A stretch of DNA of 62,912 nt, the filler included, from Octopus bimaculoides (lineage: Eukaryota), in NCBI RefSeq assembly GCF_001194135.2. It is 4 parts of 4 records of this genome, joined end to end, with 100 filler letters (N's around TTAATTAATTAA, not from the genome) between each part and the next. Parts side by side here need not be neighbours in the genome. Positions count along the whole stretch, not along the records: positions 21,019 to 47,886 come from NC_068986.1; positions 47,987 to 59,598 come from NC_068991.1; 2 more parts are not named here. One strand, given 5' to 3'. Positions 38,097 through 50,984 of this stretch are shown here, piece after piece (position 1 is the stretch's first letter; each line of letters starts with the position of its first letter). The position numbers were made by a program, and so were the translations under genes. Under the pieces are notes generated by a model. That model saw nothing but the letters and a program-made list of their open reading frames with translations, did no database searches and was not told the origin of the DNA.

Positions 38097-38564
38097 AAAC
38101 AGAAAGCATTTTAAAAATTCAATGGCTATTACAAGAATCAAACTTCGAGGTCAGTGAACTACATAAAAACCCGTTAAATCTACCTGCCATCTTAAAAATT
38201 AAGGACACACAAGTCCAATATGTATGAAGTGAGTCCAACAAAGGACTGGCCAACTTGAAGCTTAAGCCTCTCAGATTTGAGCCCCTGTATCTAACTTTAC
38301 CCTCCACCTGGGCTCCTAAGCAAAAAGAAAAATAATTGCAGGCAGACTAAAGGACAAAATCGGCAGCATTTTTTCCTAAATGCATTCTTTATTACCACTT
38401 TACTGGGAATTCAGCAGAGATGAAGTTTAAACTATTCCTGTTATATTGGAAATATGGTACAACAACACTTTGGGTAAATGTCTTCTAGTACTGTCTTGGG
38501 ACAATCACAATCAAAACCTTGTGTACATTTGGGAGGTGGAAACAAAGTCCACTGTGTGTGTGTG

Positions 38565-38763
38565 TCATCATCATCGTTTAGCGTCCATTTTCCATGCTGG
38601 CATGGGTTGGACGGTTTGACTGAGGCCTAGAGAGCCAGTGGTTGCACCAGGCTCCAATCTGATCTGGCAATATTTCTACAGCTGGATGCCCTTCCTAATG
38701 CCAACCACTCCGAGAGTGTAGTGGGTGCTTTTTACATGCCACTGGCACAGGAGCCAGTCAGGT

Positions 38764-38765
<2 letters not shown>
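38565..38765 (-). mobile_element. RTE LINE 3' UTR fragment with (GAT)n tail
   Basis: Same sequence as 58041-58260, which is contiguous with an RTE ORF 3' end. Confidence 0.82.
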
Positions 38766-38807
<42 letters not shown>

Positions 38808-38810
<3 letters not shown>

Positions 38811-38849
38811 TCGTTTAACGTCCGCTTTCCATGCTAGCATGGGTTGGAC
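38808..38849 (-). mobile_element. 42-bp extreme 3' end of the RTE LINE embedded in (TA)n
   Basis: TCATCGTTTAACGTCCGCTTTCCATGCTAGCATGGGTTGGAC with TA repeats on both sides. Confidence 0.8.
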
Positions 38850-39633
38850 ATATATATATAAAGGAGCATGCTCATGTTGATGACTCCTTGTCTGGGCATC
38901 ACGTGATAGTTACAAATAGGTGAGTCTTTCGTTTCCAGTCTTCCGTAAAAATGCATCCAGCCATGAGAGAGAGCACCAAAAGCTGTGAACAATACATTTG
39001 CATTGGGTTACTGTGGATAATTTTAATCTGTTGAACCAAAGTTCTGTGTTTTGAAACAGTGATTAAATACTAGAAAGTTTTGTTCTAACAGAAATAATCT
39101 GATGGCATATTTATTCTCGAGTGAGACTTATGATTTGTAATTTCTTTTGTAAAATCTCCACATCTGTATAATATACACTTTTAGAATAATAACCTAAAAA
39201 CATAGCAATTAAAATCCTAATAACTGCATAGTTAATCACAAATCAAGAGAGCCTCAATTGACTTGCTAGGAACGGTAGCCAAATTTTTCTCAAATCACTA
39301 AAGAAGGTCACATTGAACAAAGAGTATATGGGTGATCTATGTCTAAAAAAGATAAAGTGAAGAAAATAATGGCCTGAAATTATAGGTCCAGCAAAAGTTT
39401 TTATTTCTTCCATAATAAAAAGCCTCAATGACAGGATAGTAACAAGTGATTAGAAGACCAACCTCTGGCAAAATGAAAGGCAGCATCTACTCTGGAGGGT
39501 ATTTGAACTCGCAACTAATTTATCTGAACACTGCAAAATCATTTTGTCAGTTATTACAAATTCTGCTGAGTTAATGAGTTAACGAAGGAAAATATTTTTT
39601 TAAAATTCAGACTTTGAACAGTATTGCTGCATT

Positions 39634-40005
39634 ATCATCATTGTTTAACATCCATTTTCCATGCTGGCATGGGTTGGAGGGTTTGACTGGAGACCGGCAA
39701 GCCTGTGGGCTGCACCAGGCCCCAATCTGATCTGGAAAGGTTGCTACAGCTGGACACCCTTCCTAATGCCAACCACTCCGAGAGAGTAGTGGATGCTTTT
39801 TACATGTCACTGGCATGGGAGCCAGTCTGATGGCACTGGCCACATTCAGATGGTGCTATTTACGTGCTACTGGCACAGGAGTCAGTTGGGGCAGGGGGGC
39901 TGGCACCGGCCACATTCAGATGGGGTTTTTTCATGCTACTGGGACAGGAAAATGTCGGGGCTGGCATGAGCCACATTCAGATGGTGCTTTTTACATGCCA
40001 CAGCC
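39634..40005 (-). mobile_element. RTE LINE 3' UTR fragment
   Basis: Homologous to 38565 and 58041, with internally repeated GGCAC/CACATTCAGATGG units. Confidence 0.8.
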
Positions 40006-40294
40006 GCAACTACCTTGCAGTTAATTAGATATAATCAGAAATCAAAATCCAGTAAACTAATTAAAATGTAATTGTTGGAAACCATTGGAAAGTGCTGTTA
40101 CTGCCCTCCTTTTGTCGATTCTAGTTGCTGTGGGCTGAACTTGAAATCAAAATGTAAAGATAACTAAATACAAAGCATTTGGTACATCATGATTAATTAA
40201 TGCCATTTTACCTTCGTCAGTGGAACTTAAAATGGAAAATACTGGGGAGAAAATATTCAGCACCTTCAAGTCACAGCAAAACAATAATTCAAAA

Positions 40295-40612
40295 CCAGTG
40301 GCACGTAAAGACATTCAAGCGAGATTGTTGCCAGTGCTGCTGGACTGGCTCCTGTGCAGGTGGCATGTAAAATACACCATTTTGAGCATAGCCGTTGCCA
40401 GTACCGTGTGACTGGCCTCCGTGTTGGTGGCATGTAAAAGCACCCACTACACTCTCAGAGTGGTTGGCGTTAGAAAGGGCATCCAGCTGCAGAAACTCTG
40501 CCAAATCAGATTGGAGCCTGGTGTAGCCATCTGGCTCACCAGTCCTTAATCAAATTGTCCAACCCATGGCAGCATAGAAAACAGACGTTAAATGATGATG
40601 ATGATGATGATG
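40295..40612 (+). mobile_element. RTE LINE 3' UTR fragment, opposite orientation
   Basis: Ends ACGTTAAATGATGATGATGATGATGA and is the reverse complement of the 39634 copy. Confidence 0.82.
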
Positions 40613-41250
40613 AAAACTAATTTTTCAAACTTTTGAAAATATGAATTTACTTGTGGGAGGAGAAAAAAAAAGGTAAAAATTGAATAATTTAACAATGCTG
40701 CTTCCCTTACAAACCACTTCATACATGAACAGACTGTTTTATTCACAGAAGAAAACTATTTCTTGTTTATCTTAGTTTTTAGAATAGGTTTATTGTATCC
40801 CTTCGTGCATGTCTTGAGATGTAACTTAAAGGGCTGGGGCTAGGAAAGACCATAAAATAATATCTAGATAGAAAGAAGTGACATTGAGTTCTGGGATCAA
40901 AGTTTAATGTTTCTCTTGCAATGTGTATGCATGTATATATATATGTATGTGTATATCTATCTTTCTATCTATCTATATCTATATATATGTATGTATGTGT
41001 GTGGAAGTCACCAAGGAAGTCGCCAAAATGACAAGAGCTATTATATACAAGGGTCTGACACAGGCCAATAAGAGAACCTACAAGAAATAGCAGTCAAACT
41101 ATCTCCAAAAAAGACAAATATGCCTAAAGACATGATTATTGTAGTTGATTTAGGATGACTTAGGTTAAACAAGAACGACTTAATTTTGTTGAAAATCATC
41201 CTACACAGAAGAGAAAAAGCATTTGTTGGAGATAAATATTTATAACTTAC

Positions 41251-41311
41251 TTGCATTTATTAGGTTGGTTACAGAAACCTTGCAGTGGATGGCAACCAGC
41301 CAGACAGATTG
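41251..41311 (-). CDS. Delta: Delta exon, first half of EGF1 (DOS region)
   Basis: 61-nt exon absent from the ORF track. With the C from the previous exon it reads PICLAGCHPLQGFCNQPNKC(K). Acceptor ttttttctag, donor GTAAG, phase 1/2 fits both neighbours. Confidence 0.94.
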
Positions 41312-41704
41312 CTAGAAAAAATTTCAAGAAAATTTTAACATTAAACATATTTCTAGAAAATGAAAATTAAAAAGAAACCCTACACCAAATTTTATAACCC
41401 TGACCAACACAAGCAGAAGCCTGGTTAGAGATACTGAAACCCAAGGGATCTCAACCAAATGTCCCTCACTTCTTGGAAAGGTTTGTCTTGCACCCCTTCA
41501 AAGCTAATGGCATTTAATATGAAACAGTTTTTAAGCTCTGATTTTATCAAAACATTAAACTGTTGTTGATTGTGATTTGTAGGTCTCTGTAGATTCAGAC
41601 AATTCCTAGATTATTTTGTCTTAAAGGAGAACCAAACCCAATTTCACAAATGAAATTAAAACACACAAGGTTAAATCTACAAAAATAGAATATAAAGTCT
41701 GCTT

Positions 41705-41760
<56 letters not shown>

Positions 41761-42995
41761 TGTATATATATATATATATATATACATACATACATGTATG
41801 TATATATATTACATATACTTTCCTTCTTTTGTTGAGTTTCCTGAAATCTCCAGCCCCACTCCCAAGAGGGCAGGGAGAACCAGCTGATGTTAAAAGGAAT
41901 TATTTACTCCTTGATCCATATTGTCTAAGTAATCTATCCAGAAGCATTAACCTCATGTATGTGAAGGATTGCAATGGTGGAACTAGTGACCAAATTCCCC
42001 AAGATACCAATGCATATAAACACACACACTCGAGTGGAACCACCTGTTTACTGCAGTGTAAATGACAATCTCAGGTGGAATCAGCACAACTTGTGTGACA
42101 AGGGCTGCCCATAGTTTTCACTGACCCAATTTCACTTATGTTGTCATGGATTAATGTGAGGCTATGGTGGAGGTACTTGCCCAAGGTGTAGCACATTAAG
42201 ACTAAACTGAAGACCGTCAAGCAAAACCAAACTGGTCTTGCTCTGATACCAGTAGTAATTGCAAAAAAAAAAAAAAAAGCCCAATTAAGATAGTAATGGA
42301 AGGCAGTGCAATTAGTTAAGTAGGTGTTGTCATGTTTAACCAAGATTAATGATGGTATCATTGCAGAGGAAACAAAATACTGGAAGAATTTAGAATAAGA
42401 AACAGTTGCAAATAACTCCATTAATCATAATGATTTCCCAACTGACACAAGATAGACATTGTATAATATTCAATACAAGACACACAAAAATCCTATGTCT
42501 CTTTTTTTCTTGTTAAATTTCTTTTTCAGTTTTTCTTTCGCTCTAATCTCATCATGTAAGAGTCCAGTTTAACCATTTAAAACGTCAGAAAATTAATGAT
42601 TTTTTGATGCATCTCGAACAGGAAATTCTTGACTTTTGAAAATCACATTTTAACTGGAGGGCCAAGATTATTGGTAAAATTTGCTATGTTAGAATTAGCA
42701 GCCAAATCTCTCTCAAGTTACACAAATGTCTTAAAAATGAAAGGAAAGTGTTTAGATAATGTTCTGTTAGATTAGCCACCAGAATAAGGAACTGCTCACA
42801 ATCAGAGAATCCAGTTTCAATGCAGATCAGAAAAATCAGAACATTGAACAAAAGACCTTCTGTTATTGAGTTCCAGGTCTCTACATTGATTGCACATCCC
42901 ATGACAAGGTCAACTTTACTCTCATTCTACTGGGGTTGATGGAGACTAAAGAATGCCTTTAATTTTAGACCTGTTGGATCAGTGGTCATTTAGGG

Positions 42996-43266
42996 CAGTG
43001 GTTCCCAAACTTCTTCAGGCTGCTGCCTCCTTGGTTCTAAGGTCACATTCCTTGTGCCCCCCACCCCCACCACAGACCATTTTCTGCAGCTAATTCAAAA
43101 CAGCATTTCACAAATAAGACTCAACCTAATTAACCCCCCTTTTTTTTTTTACATCAATTGCCCCGTTTTGGTCACCATGTTATTGCCCGATTTTTCTTCA
43201 ACCCCCTCCCCATGGATTTTTCCACTATCCCCAGGGAGATGGTACTGCCCACTTTGGGAACCACTG
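42996..43266. mobile_element. hAT (Charlie-like) MITE
   Basis: TIRs CAGTGGTTCCCAAA/TTTGGGAACCACTG. Flanking 8-mers ATTTAGGG and ACTCAGGG fit a decayed 8-bp TSD. Confidence 0.85.
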
Positions 43267-43475
43267 ACTCAGGGTAACAATAGAAATCTCAAAATCTTAA
43301 GGTCTATAGAAATACTAACACTGCCTCACTCGACCCACTGTTCTCTGTGGTTATAGGACAGGGTCAGTGAAGTATTTGTTTAGCTAACCTGAATGGAGGA
43401 TTGATCAAAAGAATTTTGGGGAAAGAGTTTTTTAGTGGTTGATTTTTCAAGGGGTAACAACAAAATGGTCCTTAC

Positions 43476-43736
43476 GTTGGTCACAATAATCTCCTTTCCA
43501 TCCTGGTAAACATTTCCTCTGGCCCTCTCTGGTACACTTGTAATGTCCAAATTTATCATCCCGTGGCCGGCATACTGTGTTACACCGCAACCCATAATAG
43601 TTCTCATTGCAAATAAAACGGTAATTGAAGCTGAATTCAACGGGTTGTTCAATGTAGCTGAACGGCCGCCAATTGGAACTAACGTCCAGGGCTTCTGAAA
43701 TAGCTACACTACTAATCAGCTGCCGGTGAGGACTTT
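43476..43736 (-). CDS. Delta: Delta-like Notch ligand, exon with end of C2 (MNNL) domain and DSL domain
   Basis: Translates (x)SPHRQLISSVAISEALDVSSNWRPFSYIEQPVEFSFNYRFICNENYYGLRCNTVCRPRDDKFGHYKCTREGQRKCLPGWKGDYCDQ, a canonical DSL motif. Acceptor ttttctag at 43737, donor GTAAG at 43475. 261 nt, phase 1/1. Confidence 0.96.
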
Positions 43737-44029
43737 CTAGAAAAGAAATAAAGAAATATTTAAGGGAAAAAGAAAACATACAAAGAACATGTATAAGACA
43801 GAGCAAGGGTGGTGGGGGAGGAGAGAAACTGAGAGAGAGAAAATCTGCAGACAGAAAAAAAGTCAACATGTTCATCTTTTCAACAATTCAAATGTCCAAG
43901 TTTTTAACCTTTTTGATTCCGACTCGGATTGCCTTGGTTCTGTGATCTAAAAACCTTTCATGAAAATTTCATGTTAATTTATGTTAATTTATGTTCAAAA
44001 CATCAGCTTCATTATCTTCTATCTTTTAC

Positions 44030-44755
44030 TTGTGTCAGTCAGACTGTGGTCATGCGGGGGCAATGCTCTGAAGAATTTTTAGCCGAATGAATCAAACTTA
44101 ATGCTTTTATATATATATATATAAACTTAATGCTTTTATATATATATATATATATATATATTTTAAAGCCTGTTACTTATTTCATTGGTCTCTTTTGCCA
44201 AACTGCTAGGTTACAAGAACGTTGACACACCAACATTGGTGGTCAAAAAGTAGTGGGGGACAAACACACATGTATTCTCTCATTTGTCATTTGACTGTGG
44301 CCAAGCTGGAGCACCGACTTTAGTCAAACAAATCGACCCCAGGACTTATTCTTTGTAAGCCTAGTACCTATTCTATCAATTTTGTCGAACCACTAAGTTA
44401 CAGGGACGCAAACATATACACACACATACATATATGTACATATATACAACAGGCTTCTTTCAGTTTCCGTCTACCAAATCCACTCATAAGGCTTTGGTTG
44501 GCCCAAGGCTATATAAAACACATGCCCAAGGTGTCACACAGTGGGACTGAACCTGGAACCATGTGGTTGGTAAGCAAGCTACTTACCAGACAACCACTCC
44601 TGGGCTTCTTTTAAGTTCCACCTACCAAATCCACTCTAGGCTTTGGTAGGCCTGAGGCTATATAGCAGAAGACACTTACCAAAGATGTCCTGCAATGGGA
44701 CTGAACCTGGAACCATGTGGTTGGGAAGCAAACTTCTTCCCACACAGCCATGCCT
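44030..44755 (-). mobile_element. Cluster of at least three same-orientation fragments of the second tRNA-head SINE family
   Basis: Repeated blocks CTACCAAATCCACTC...GGGACTGAACCTGGAACCATGTGGTTGG and TTTGTAAGCCTAGTAC/TTAAAGCCTGTTAC. Confidence 0.78.
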
Positions 44756-44825
44756 GTGCCTACAAAAGTATTTTCATAAATTCATTGGTTTCAAAAAGGT
44801 CAGTTTCTGAATTACTAAAATATTT

Positions 44826-45230
44826 ATCATCGTTTAATGTCTGTTTTCCATGCTGGCATGGGTTGGACTGTTTGACTGGGGACTGGCAAGCCAGGAGGCC
44901 TCACCAGGCTCTAATCTGATCTGGCAAGGTTTCTACTGCTGGATGCCCTTCCTAACACCAACTACTCCGAGAGTGTAGTGGGTGCTTTTTTACGTGCCAC
45001 CGACATGGGGAGCCAGTCAGGCAGCACTGGCATCAGCCACAGCTACAATTTCCATTTAATTGTGATTTTATTTTTGACTGATTTTACTTGACTCAATAGG
45101 TCTCCTCAAGCACGGTGTGTTGCCCGACAAATCAAAGGTACTTCTTTAATGGGCTGGTTATGCAACACTAGGATAGGCTACAGCTGTGATCCCACTTTAC
45201 TTGCCGTGTCTTCTCAATCACAGCTTATCA
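44826..45230 (-). mobile_element. RTE LINE 3' UTR fragment
   Basis: ATCATCGTTTAATGTCTGTTTTCCATGCTGGCATGGGTTGGAC, homologous to the other copies. The inner boundary is approximate. Confidence 0.75.
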
Positions 45231-46086
45231 AATATGTTTTTACATATTTAATATCTTAACAATTCAGAAACTGAAATTCAGATATCAAACAAGTCAGTGA
45301 CACTGTTTCTACTTTGGAAATGGTTATAACATGTTGCATATATTAAAAGACAGTTTAGCTCTTTGGTGTCTTTAGCAAGTGTCTACTGCTGTAAGCATTT
45401 GAACCAAAGGTCCAGTTTGTGGAAAACCTTGTTAGATTTCCTTGTAGTGGCCCCATTCAGGATTACAAGAAATAGCAGTCAAATGTCCTTTAAATCACTT
45501 CTTACCAGCTTAGAATGGAGTATATGGAAGAATGTGGCCAGAAAAAAAAAACTTTATGACAGGAATCTTCCTAATCCTAAGTCCAGAAGAAATACCACCC
45601 TAACATCTAAACAGAAACACACAATGATATATTCCCAGATACATTATGTCTGTGAGGAAGTATATAACCACAATTGAACTTCTGTCTGCAGGTTTGAGAA
45701 ACACTGCCAAGTTAAACAAACATCACCGTCTAGGGTCATTAAAGGAACTAAAACAGTAAAGCACTAGGAACCCTTACATAAACACAGCATACAAAGATCA
45801 GTATTGGACCCCTAGATCTGTTGTGCCTCTGGGGAGGGCCTTGTTTTAAGATAGCACCACCATCGTCAATAACACTCGAAATGTACAGAGATAATCTTTC
45901 AAATATTGTTTATTAAAATCAAAACTAACGACTGTTTACATTAAGGGAGAGTGGACACCCTTTCTTGTCTGTAGGGGACAGTTTCATCTTCATTCAAATC
46001 TAAAAGGAGTCCCTGGGAAACAAAAGAAAAGAAAAAAAAGCCCTAAACAAATTGAATAAAATCGTACAGCTTTTATCTTCATTTAA

Positions 46087-46298
46087 CCCTTTCGGCATGG
46101 CGGATACATAAGTGTAACAGTCAAAAATTTTACAACCTAAGTGATGCAGTATAAGTACCACTCCAGTTTTTCTGGTAAGTTCGAAGTACCAGACATATGA
46201 TCAGAGTGTATGACACTATGACAACTCAAAAGACTCCCATGCGTTCAACTCGCACCCCCACCATTACCGACTTGAGAAAAAATTCCGGGCTGAAAGGG
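46087..46298. mobile_element. piggyBac-type MITE
   Basis: TTAA TSDs at 46083-46086 and 46299-46302. TIRs CCCTTTCGGC/GCTGAAAGGG. Confidence 0.88.
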
Positions 46299-47987
46299 TT
46301 AAATATGGATTTGGAAATTTTAGGTTTTATTAATTTTCTCAGTTCAGATGCATCTAACAGCTTCTAGTGTACCTTAAGTTCACCACTGGTACTTAAAGTT
46401 ACTAACACCCGTTCCACAATCACCCGACCTGCTAGAAATGACAGCCAAATCTCATTCAAGTCGTATCTTACTGCTTTAAAAAATCCATTAGATAAAAGAG
46501 GTCCTAGTTACACGGTGGTGGTTAATAGGCTTGCCGAGTCAGGCCTGATCTAGAACAAAACAATATTTAAAATAAAAATAAAATAAACGGCAGGTGTAAT
46601 AGAAGTCCAAGGATTACTGCAGCTTAAAAAAAGAAGAGCGAGCAGGCAGAGGGAGGGGAAGCTTGATCGCTTTGTTTGCCAAAAACATAGCAGATGTATG
46701 TATGAAAAGCCCAGGAGAACTCCATAGGGGAGTGAGAGATGCTGTTTAGTTTCAGTTCAGTCTCGACATCATACAAAAGGTAGCCTTGGACATAAAACGG
46801 TCTTAAGGCCACGGGGGGGAGTGTAGATTAAAGGGTGGCTTAGCTGTTATTTCTAGTACAGGTCATCCTCGTTAGGCGCAAGCACATGGAGTGGTTTTAA
46901 GACGAAAAGCACGGTTTCTTTTAAAAGGAGTCATGTGTACCCAATTCCTGTCTCTACCCTTTATCGTAAAGCGTTATCTAACAAGTTATCAAAACTTATA
47001 AAAGAGAGGGAAAGGGAAAAGAGAGAGAGAGAAACAAAACACAAAGGCANNNNNNNNNNNNNNNNNNNNNNNNNNNNNNNNNNNNNNNNNNNNNNNNNNN
47101 NNNNNNNNNNNNNNNNNNNNNNNNNNNNNNNNNNNNNNNNNNNNNNNNNNNNNNNNNNNNNNNNNNNNNNNNNNNNNNNNNNNNNNNNNNNNNNNNNNNN
47201 NNNNNNNNNNNNNNNNNNNNNNNNNNNNNNNNNNNNNNNNNNNNNNNNNNNNNNNNNNNNNNNNNNNNNNNNNNNNNNNNNNNNNNNNNNNNNNNNNNNN
47301 NNNNNNNNNNNNNNNNNNNACAAGCTCCATTGTGTTTTAATATCGGTCTGTTGTTGTTGAGGGCCGTGTGATACCCAACCTGTTTCTCTCGTTGCACCGC
47401 CGCCGCCGCAGCACAAGCCACACGGAGTAGCAGAAGGAGGTAGAGTTTGTAGGCTGACTACTGTAACTCCAACAGAAAGCCACACAAACCAACCACCTGT
47501 CGCTTCTCTCGACTCACAAATTATTTTGTTTTTATGTTATATACTATTTCTATTTTAGAAGTTGTTTTTGTTGTTGTTGTTGCTGTTTAAGTGCTTTTTT
47601 GTTGCCTTTTCATTTTATTTTATTGTTTTACCTATCTGCTCGACCTAGAACTATCTGAAAATCATTAAACAAAAACAAAAGTTTAATAGAATAAAGAATA
47701 TTTGTAGACACAAAATGTAATCAGGTATATCATTTAAAAAAAATAATAATGCTTAACACTAATATACACAACTGCACACACACACATTTGCAGACAGCTA
47801 TATACATCAACACAATAATGGTTTCGAATTTTGGCACAAGGCCAGCAATTTCGCGAGAGGGTGTAAATCGGTTACAATGACTCCCCNNNNNNNNNNNNNN
47901 NNNNNNNNNNNNNNNNNNNNNNNNNNNNNNTTAATTAATTAANNNNNNNNNNNNNNNNNNNNNNNNNNNNNNNNNNNNNNNNNNNNT

Positions 47988-48322
47988 TCCTCATTGACCA
48001 CCAGATAAGGTTATCGGGGGACCCTGTCAAAGGCTTTCTCCATGTCAACGAAAGCCAGGTACAGAGGTTTATCCTTAGCTAGGTATTTCTCCTGCAACTG
48101 TCTCACTAGAAATAAGGCATCAGTAGTGCTTTTACCTGGCACGAACCCAAACTGCATCTCATCTAAATTGATTCGCTCCCTAATTAGTTGGGCTATGACC
48201 CTCTCTGTAACTTTCATAACCTGATCTAACAGCTTGATGCCTCTGTAATTATTTGTATCTAAAGCGTCACCTTTACCTTTGTAGCAGTTGACTATGATGC
48301 TGCTACACCAGTCATTGGGTAT
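47988..48322 (-). mobile_element. RTE LINE reverse-transcriptase fragment
   Basis: IPNDWCSSIIVNCYKGKGDALDTNNYRGIKLL...MQFGFVPGKSTTDALFLVRQLQEKY...AFVDMEKAFDRVPR. Runs into a gap. Confidence 0.93.
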
Positions 48323-49834
48323 ATACATAAATATGTGTACACATATCCATATATACACAAACATGCACACACACACACATGTATACACATGGACACATAT
48401 GCATATATATACACATTTGTATCTATATACACACTGTAGTCGTGTGGTGATTAATATTAAAGCAGTGCTATATGTATAGGAAAATGATGCTTATATTAAT
48501 TAGTAAAATATTAAATGATTGACAATTAATAAAGATTATGGGTGGTCTATTAATTTACATAGATATATTGTGTTGTTAAGTTAGATGGAAATGAGAGGGG
48601 CAAGAAGAATGGGTTAAAGGAGTAAAAATTACTTGTAAAAACTAAGTTAATATTATTACCAAAGTTTACTTCGATAATCACGTTCTATATATGTTGGTGC
48701 AAGGGTTTTCTAAGAGATAAAATAGAATGTTATATTGTGCAGTAATTTATACGTCATAGATCAGAGAGAAGAGAACATAAACAAGTGAACTAGGATTGCT
48801 TTCAGAATCTTAGATGTGTCTAAGAAAGTTTAAGAAGACAAATGAAATTCCTAGACGTAGAATAATGCCACTAATATAACTTGAAACAGGATAAATAACT
48901 CCTATCTTTGCTGAATAAAGTGAAAGCAGTAAATGAATGATATGGGTGTACGAAAGAACTATGAAATCAAATGAATAAGGTTAATTGAGCACAACGTATT
49001 GAACATCGTAGGAAGTAATGTTTATGTTAAGTTGAACTGAAAGTAATGTTTGAGTATATGTTTATAGATGTTATTGATGTTCTAATTTGGGTTCAAAAAT
49101 TAAGAGTATTTAGATAACATATATCAAGCGAGATAAGTCTACCATGCCTTTTAACATATAATGGTATAATTAACATGTATCGCTTAAATTATTTGAGGAA
49201 CTAATAGGTTAAAAGGTGAGGTGTCAACATTATATAAATGAGTATTTTTTTACCTGAAGGAAGAAAATACGTGTTGCTGCCAATATGCTATACAGTTTCA
49301 ATACGTATCATGTCTTTTCAACTTGTTTATATNNNNNNNNNNNNNNNNNNNNNNNNNNNNNNNNNNNNNNNNNNNNNNNNNNNNNNNNNNNNNNNNNNNN
49401 NNNNNNNNNNNNNNNNNNNNNNNNNNNNNNNNTCTGTACAAAGAAAAGATTCATTAAGAGACTTAATAAATCAAAATTCTTTAACATATCTTCAGGAAAA
49501 AACAAATATAACACCAGAAAAAATACAATCCGTTCATAGCGAAAATCTTACAATTACAAAAAAACCGAAGAGTGTTCAAAAAGAACGCTACTTAACATAA
49601 AAAATTATAAGAATATATATATACACACATAAGTATATACATATACATACACATACATAAATACACACACATACATACATACCTATATACTTATAAACAC
49701 ACACACATATACTTACATATTTTAACGTACACAACTAAACACACTACGTCCAAGGGAGGTAACTCTAACTAACTTAGTTCTCTAGCCATATACATATATA
49801 TAAATATATGTAAAAACAAATACATACACACAAA

Positions 49835-49894
<60 letters not shown>

Positions 49895-49907
49895 TACNNN
49901 NNNNNNN

Positions 49908-49946
<39 letters not shown>

Positions 49947-50279
49947 TACATATACATATACGCATGCGCACATGTGCATGGGTGTGCACATGCATGCACG
50001 TGTGTGTGCGCCCGTACACATGCAGCACATGCATGCGCGCACACATGCATATGCATGTATACACATACATACCCATACGCATATATACACATACACACAC
50101 ATACACATTTCCATGTATACCCATGCACATGTATATACATTTGCACATATATATGTACGGGTGTACGTATATGTAAATAGAGCAATAACAAAACTAAAAA
50201 TACCAAAACCCAGACCCTAATACCCAATCATAACAAAATTCAGCTATAGGTGAAAATAAACAATGAAATTATCTAAACC

Positions 50280-50950
50280 AAAAATAAGTATGTTTGCGAA
50301 CGTGAACATATCTGAATCCATTATACGTTAGTTTATTAATTAGCTTATGCTTTGAAAATAGAATATAATACAATTCAAGATTGCACAAGTGGCAATACTT
50401 CTTACCCTTATCGTAAGGGAAAATCCTCCTAATAATTGACCATTCTAACGAAAAATTCTTATTTTGTTCTTTTAACCCTCAAATAAACCTACTAAGACTA
50501 GTACTAGCTATTTTACTCCTATCTCTAAATGTATTAAAGTGAAAAGAAATTCTCTTACAAATTTTATCCGAAGAACAACCCACATAAACACTAACATCTA
50601 TATTGCTCTTAACCTTACACTGATACACTATATTCTTTAATCTCACGTTTGGACCCTCAAACCTTAACCTCCTGGGATTAATCTCTGTTACCTCAATCTT
50701 AGAACCTATAATATTATTACCTAAGTGAGGGTCTTCATCCTTATTCACTCCATTCATGCCTGTCTTAAGAACTTTAGAAATATGCGCTGCAATAATCTGC
50801 GCCAGGTTCTTAGTATTGGAAAAACCAAACCTAGCACTATGCGTATTAATAATTTTACTGTAACGCAAATTTGCAGGGAAATGCTTACTAATTACCTCCC
50901 TAAACTGAGCTACCAAATTCGACTTAACACTTCTACCAAATGGTAAAATA
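50280..50950 (-). mobile_element. Penelope-like element, RT linker and GIY-YIG endonuclease remnant
   Basis: KHFP...KIIN...N...II linker, then NIVYQCKV...VYVG...R...H...F...TSLSRFIWGLK...EWSII...CHLCNLE, the GIY-YIG pattern of Neptune/Naiad-type PLEs. Confidence 0.85.
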
Positions 50951-50984
50951 AACCAAAGATAACCATCTTTAATATTCTGTGCTG

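Noticed and set aside
45930-46012. Very strong minus-strand acceptor (long pyrimidine tract plus CAG at 46013) as candidate Delta exon 3
   Set aside because: The translation (GLLLDLNEDETVPYRQER...) lacks the expected GxFSLIIEAW motif, no phase-1 GT donor is available before stops, and the other frames stop early.
46624-46812. ORF with ELKLNS and SPMEFSW, faintly like Delta C2-domain words
   Set aside because: Order and spacing do not fit the C2 domain, the conserved cysteine and FRVCLK motifs are absent, and there are no matching splice sites.
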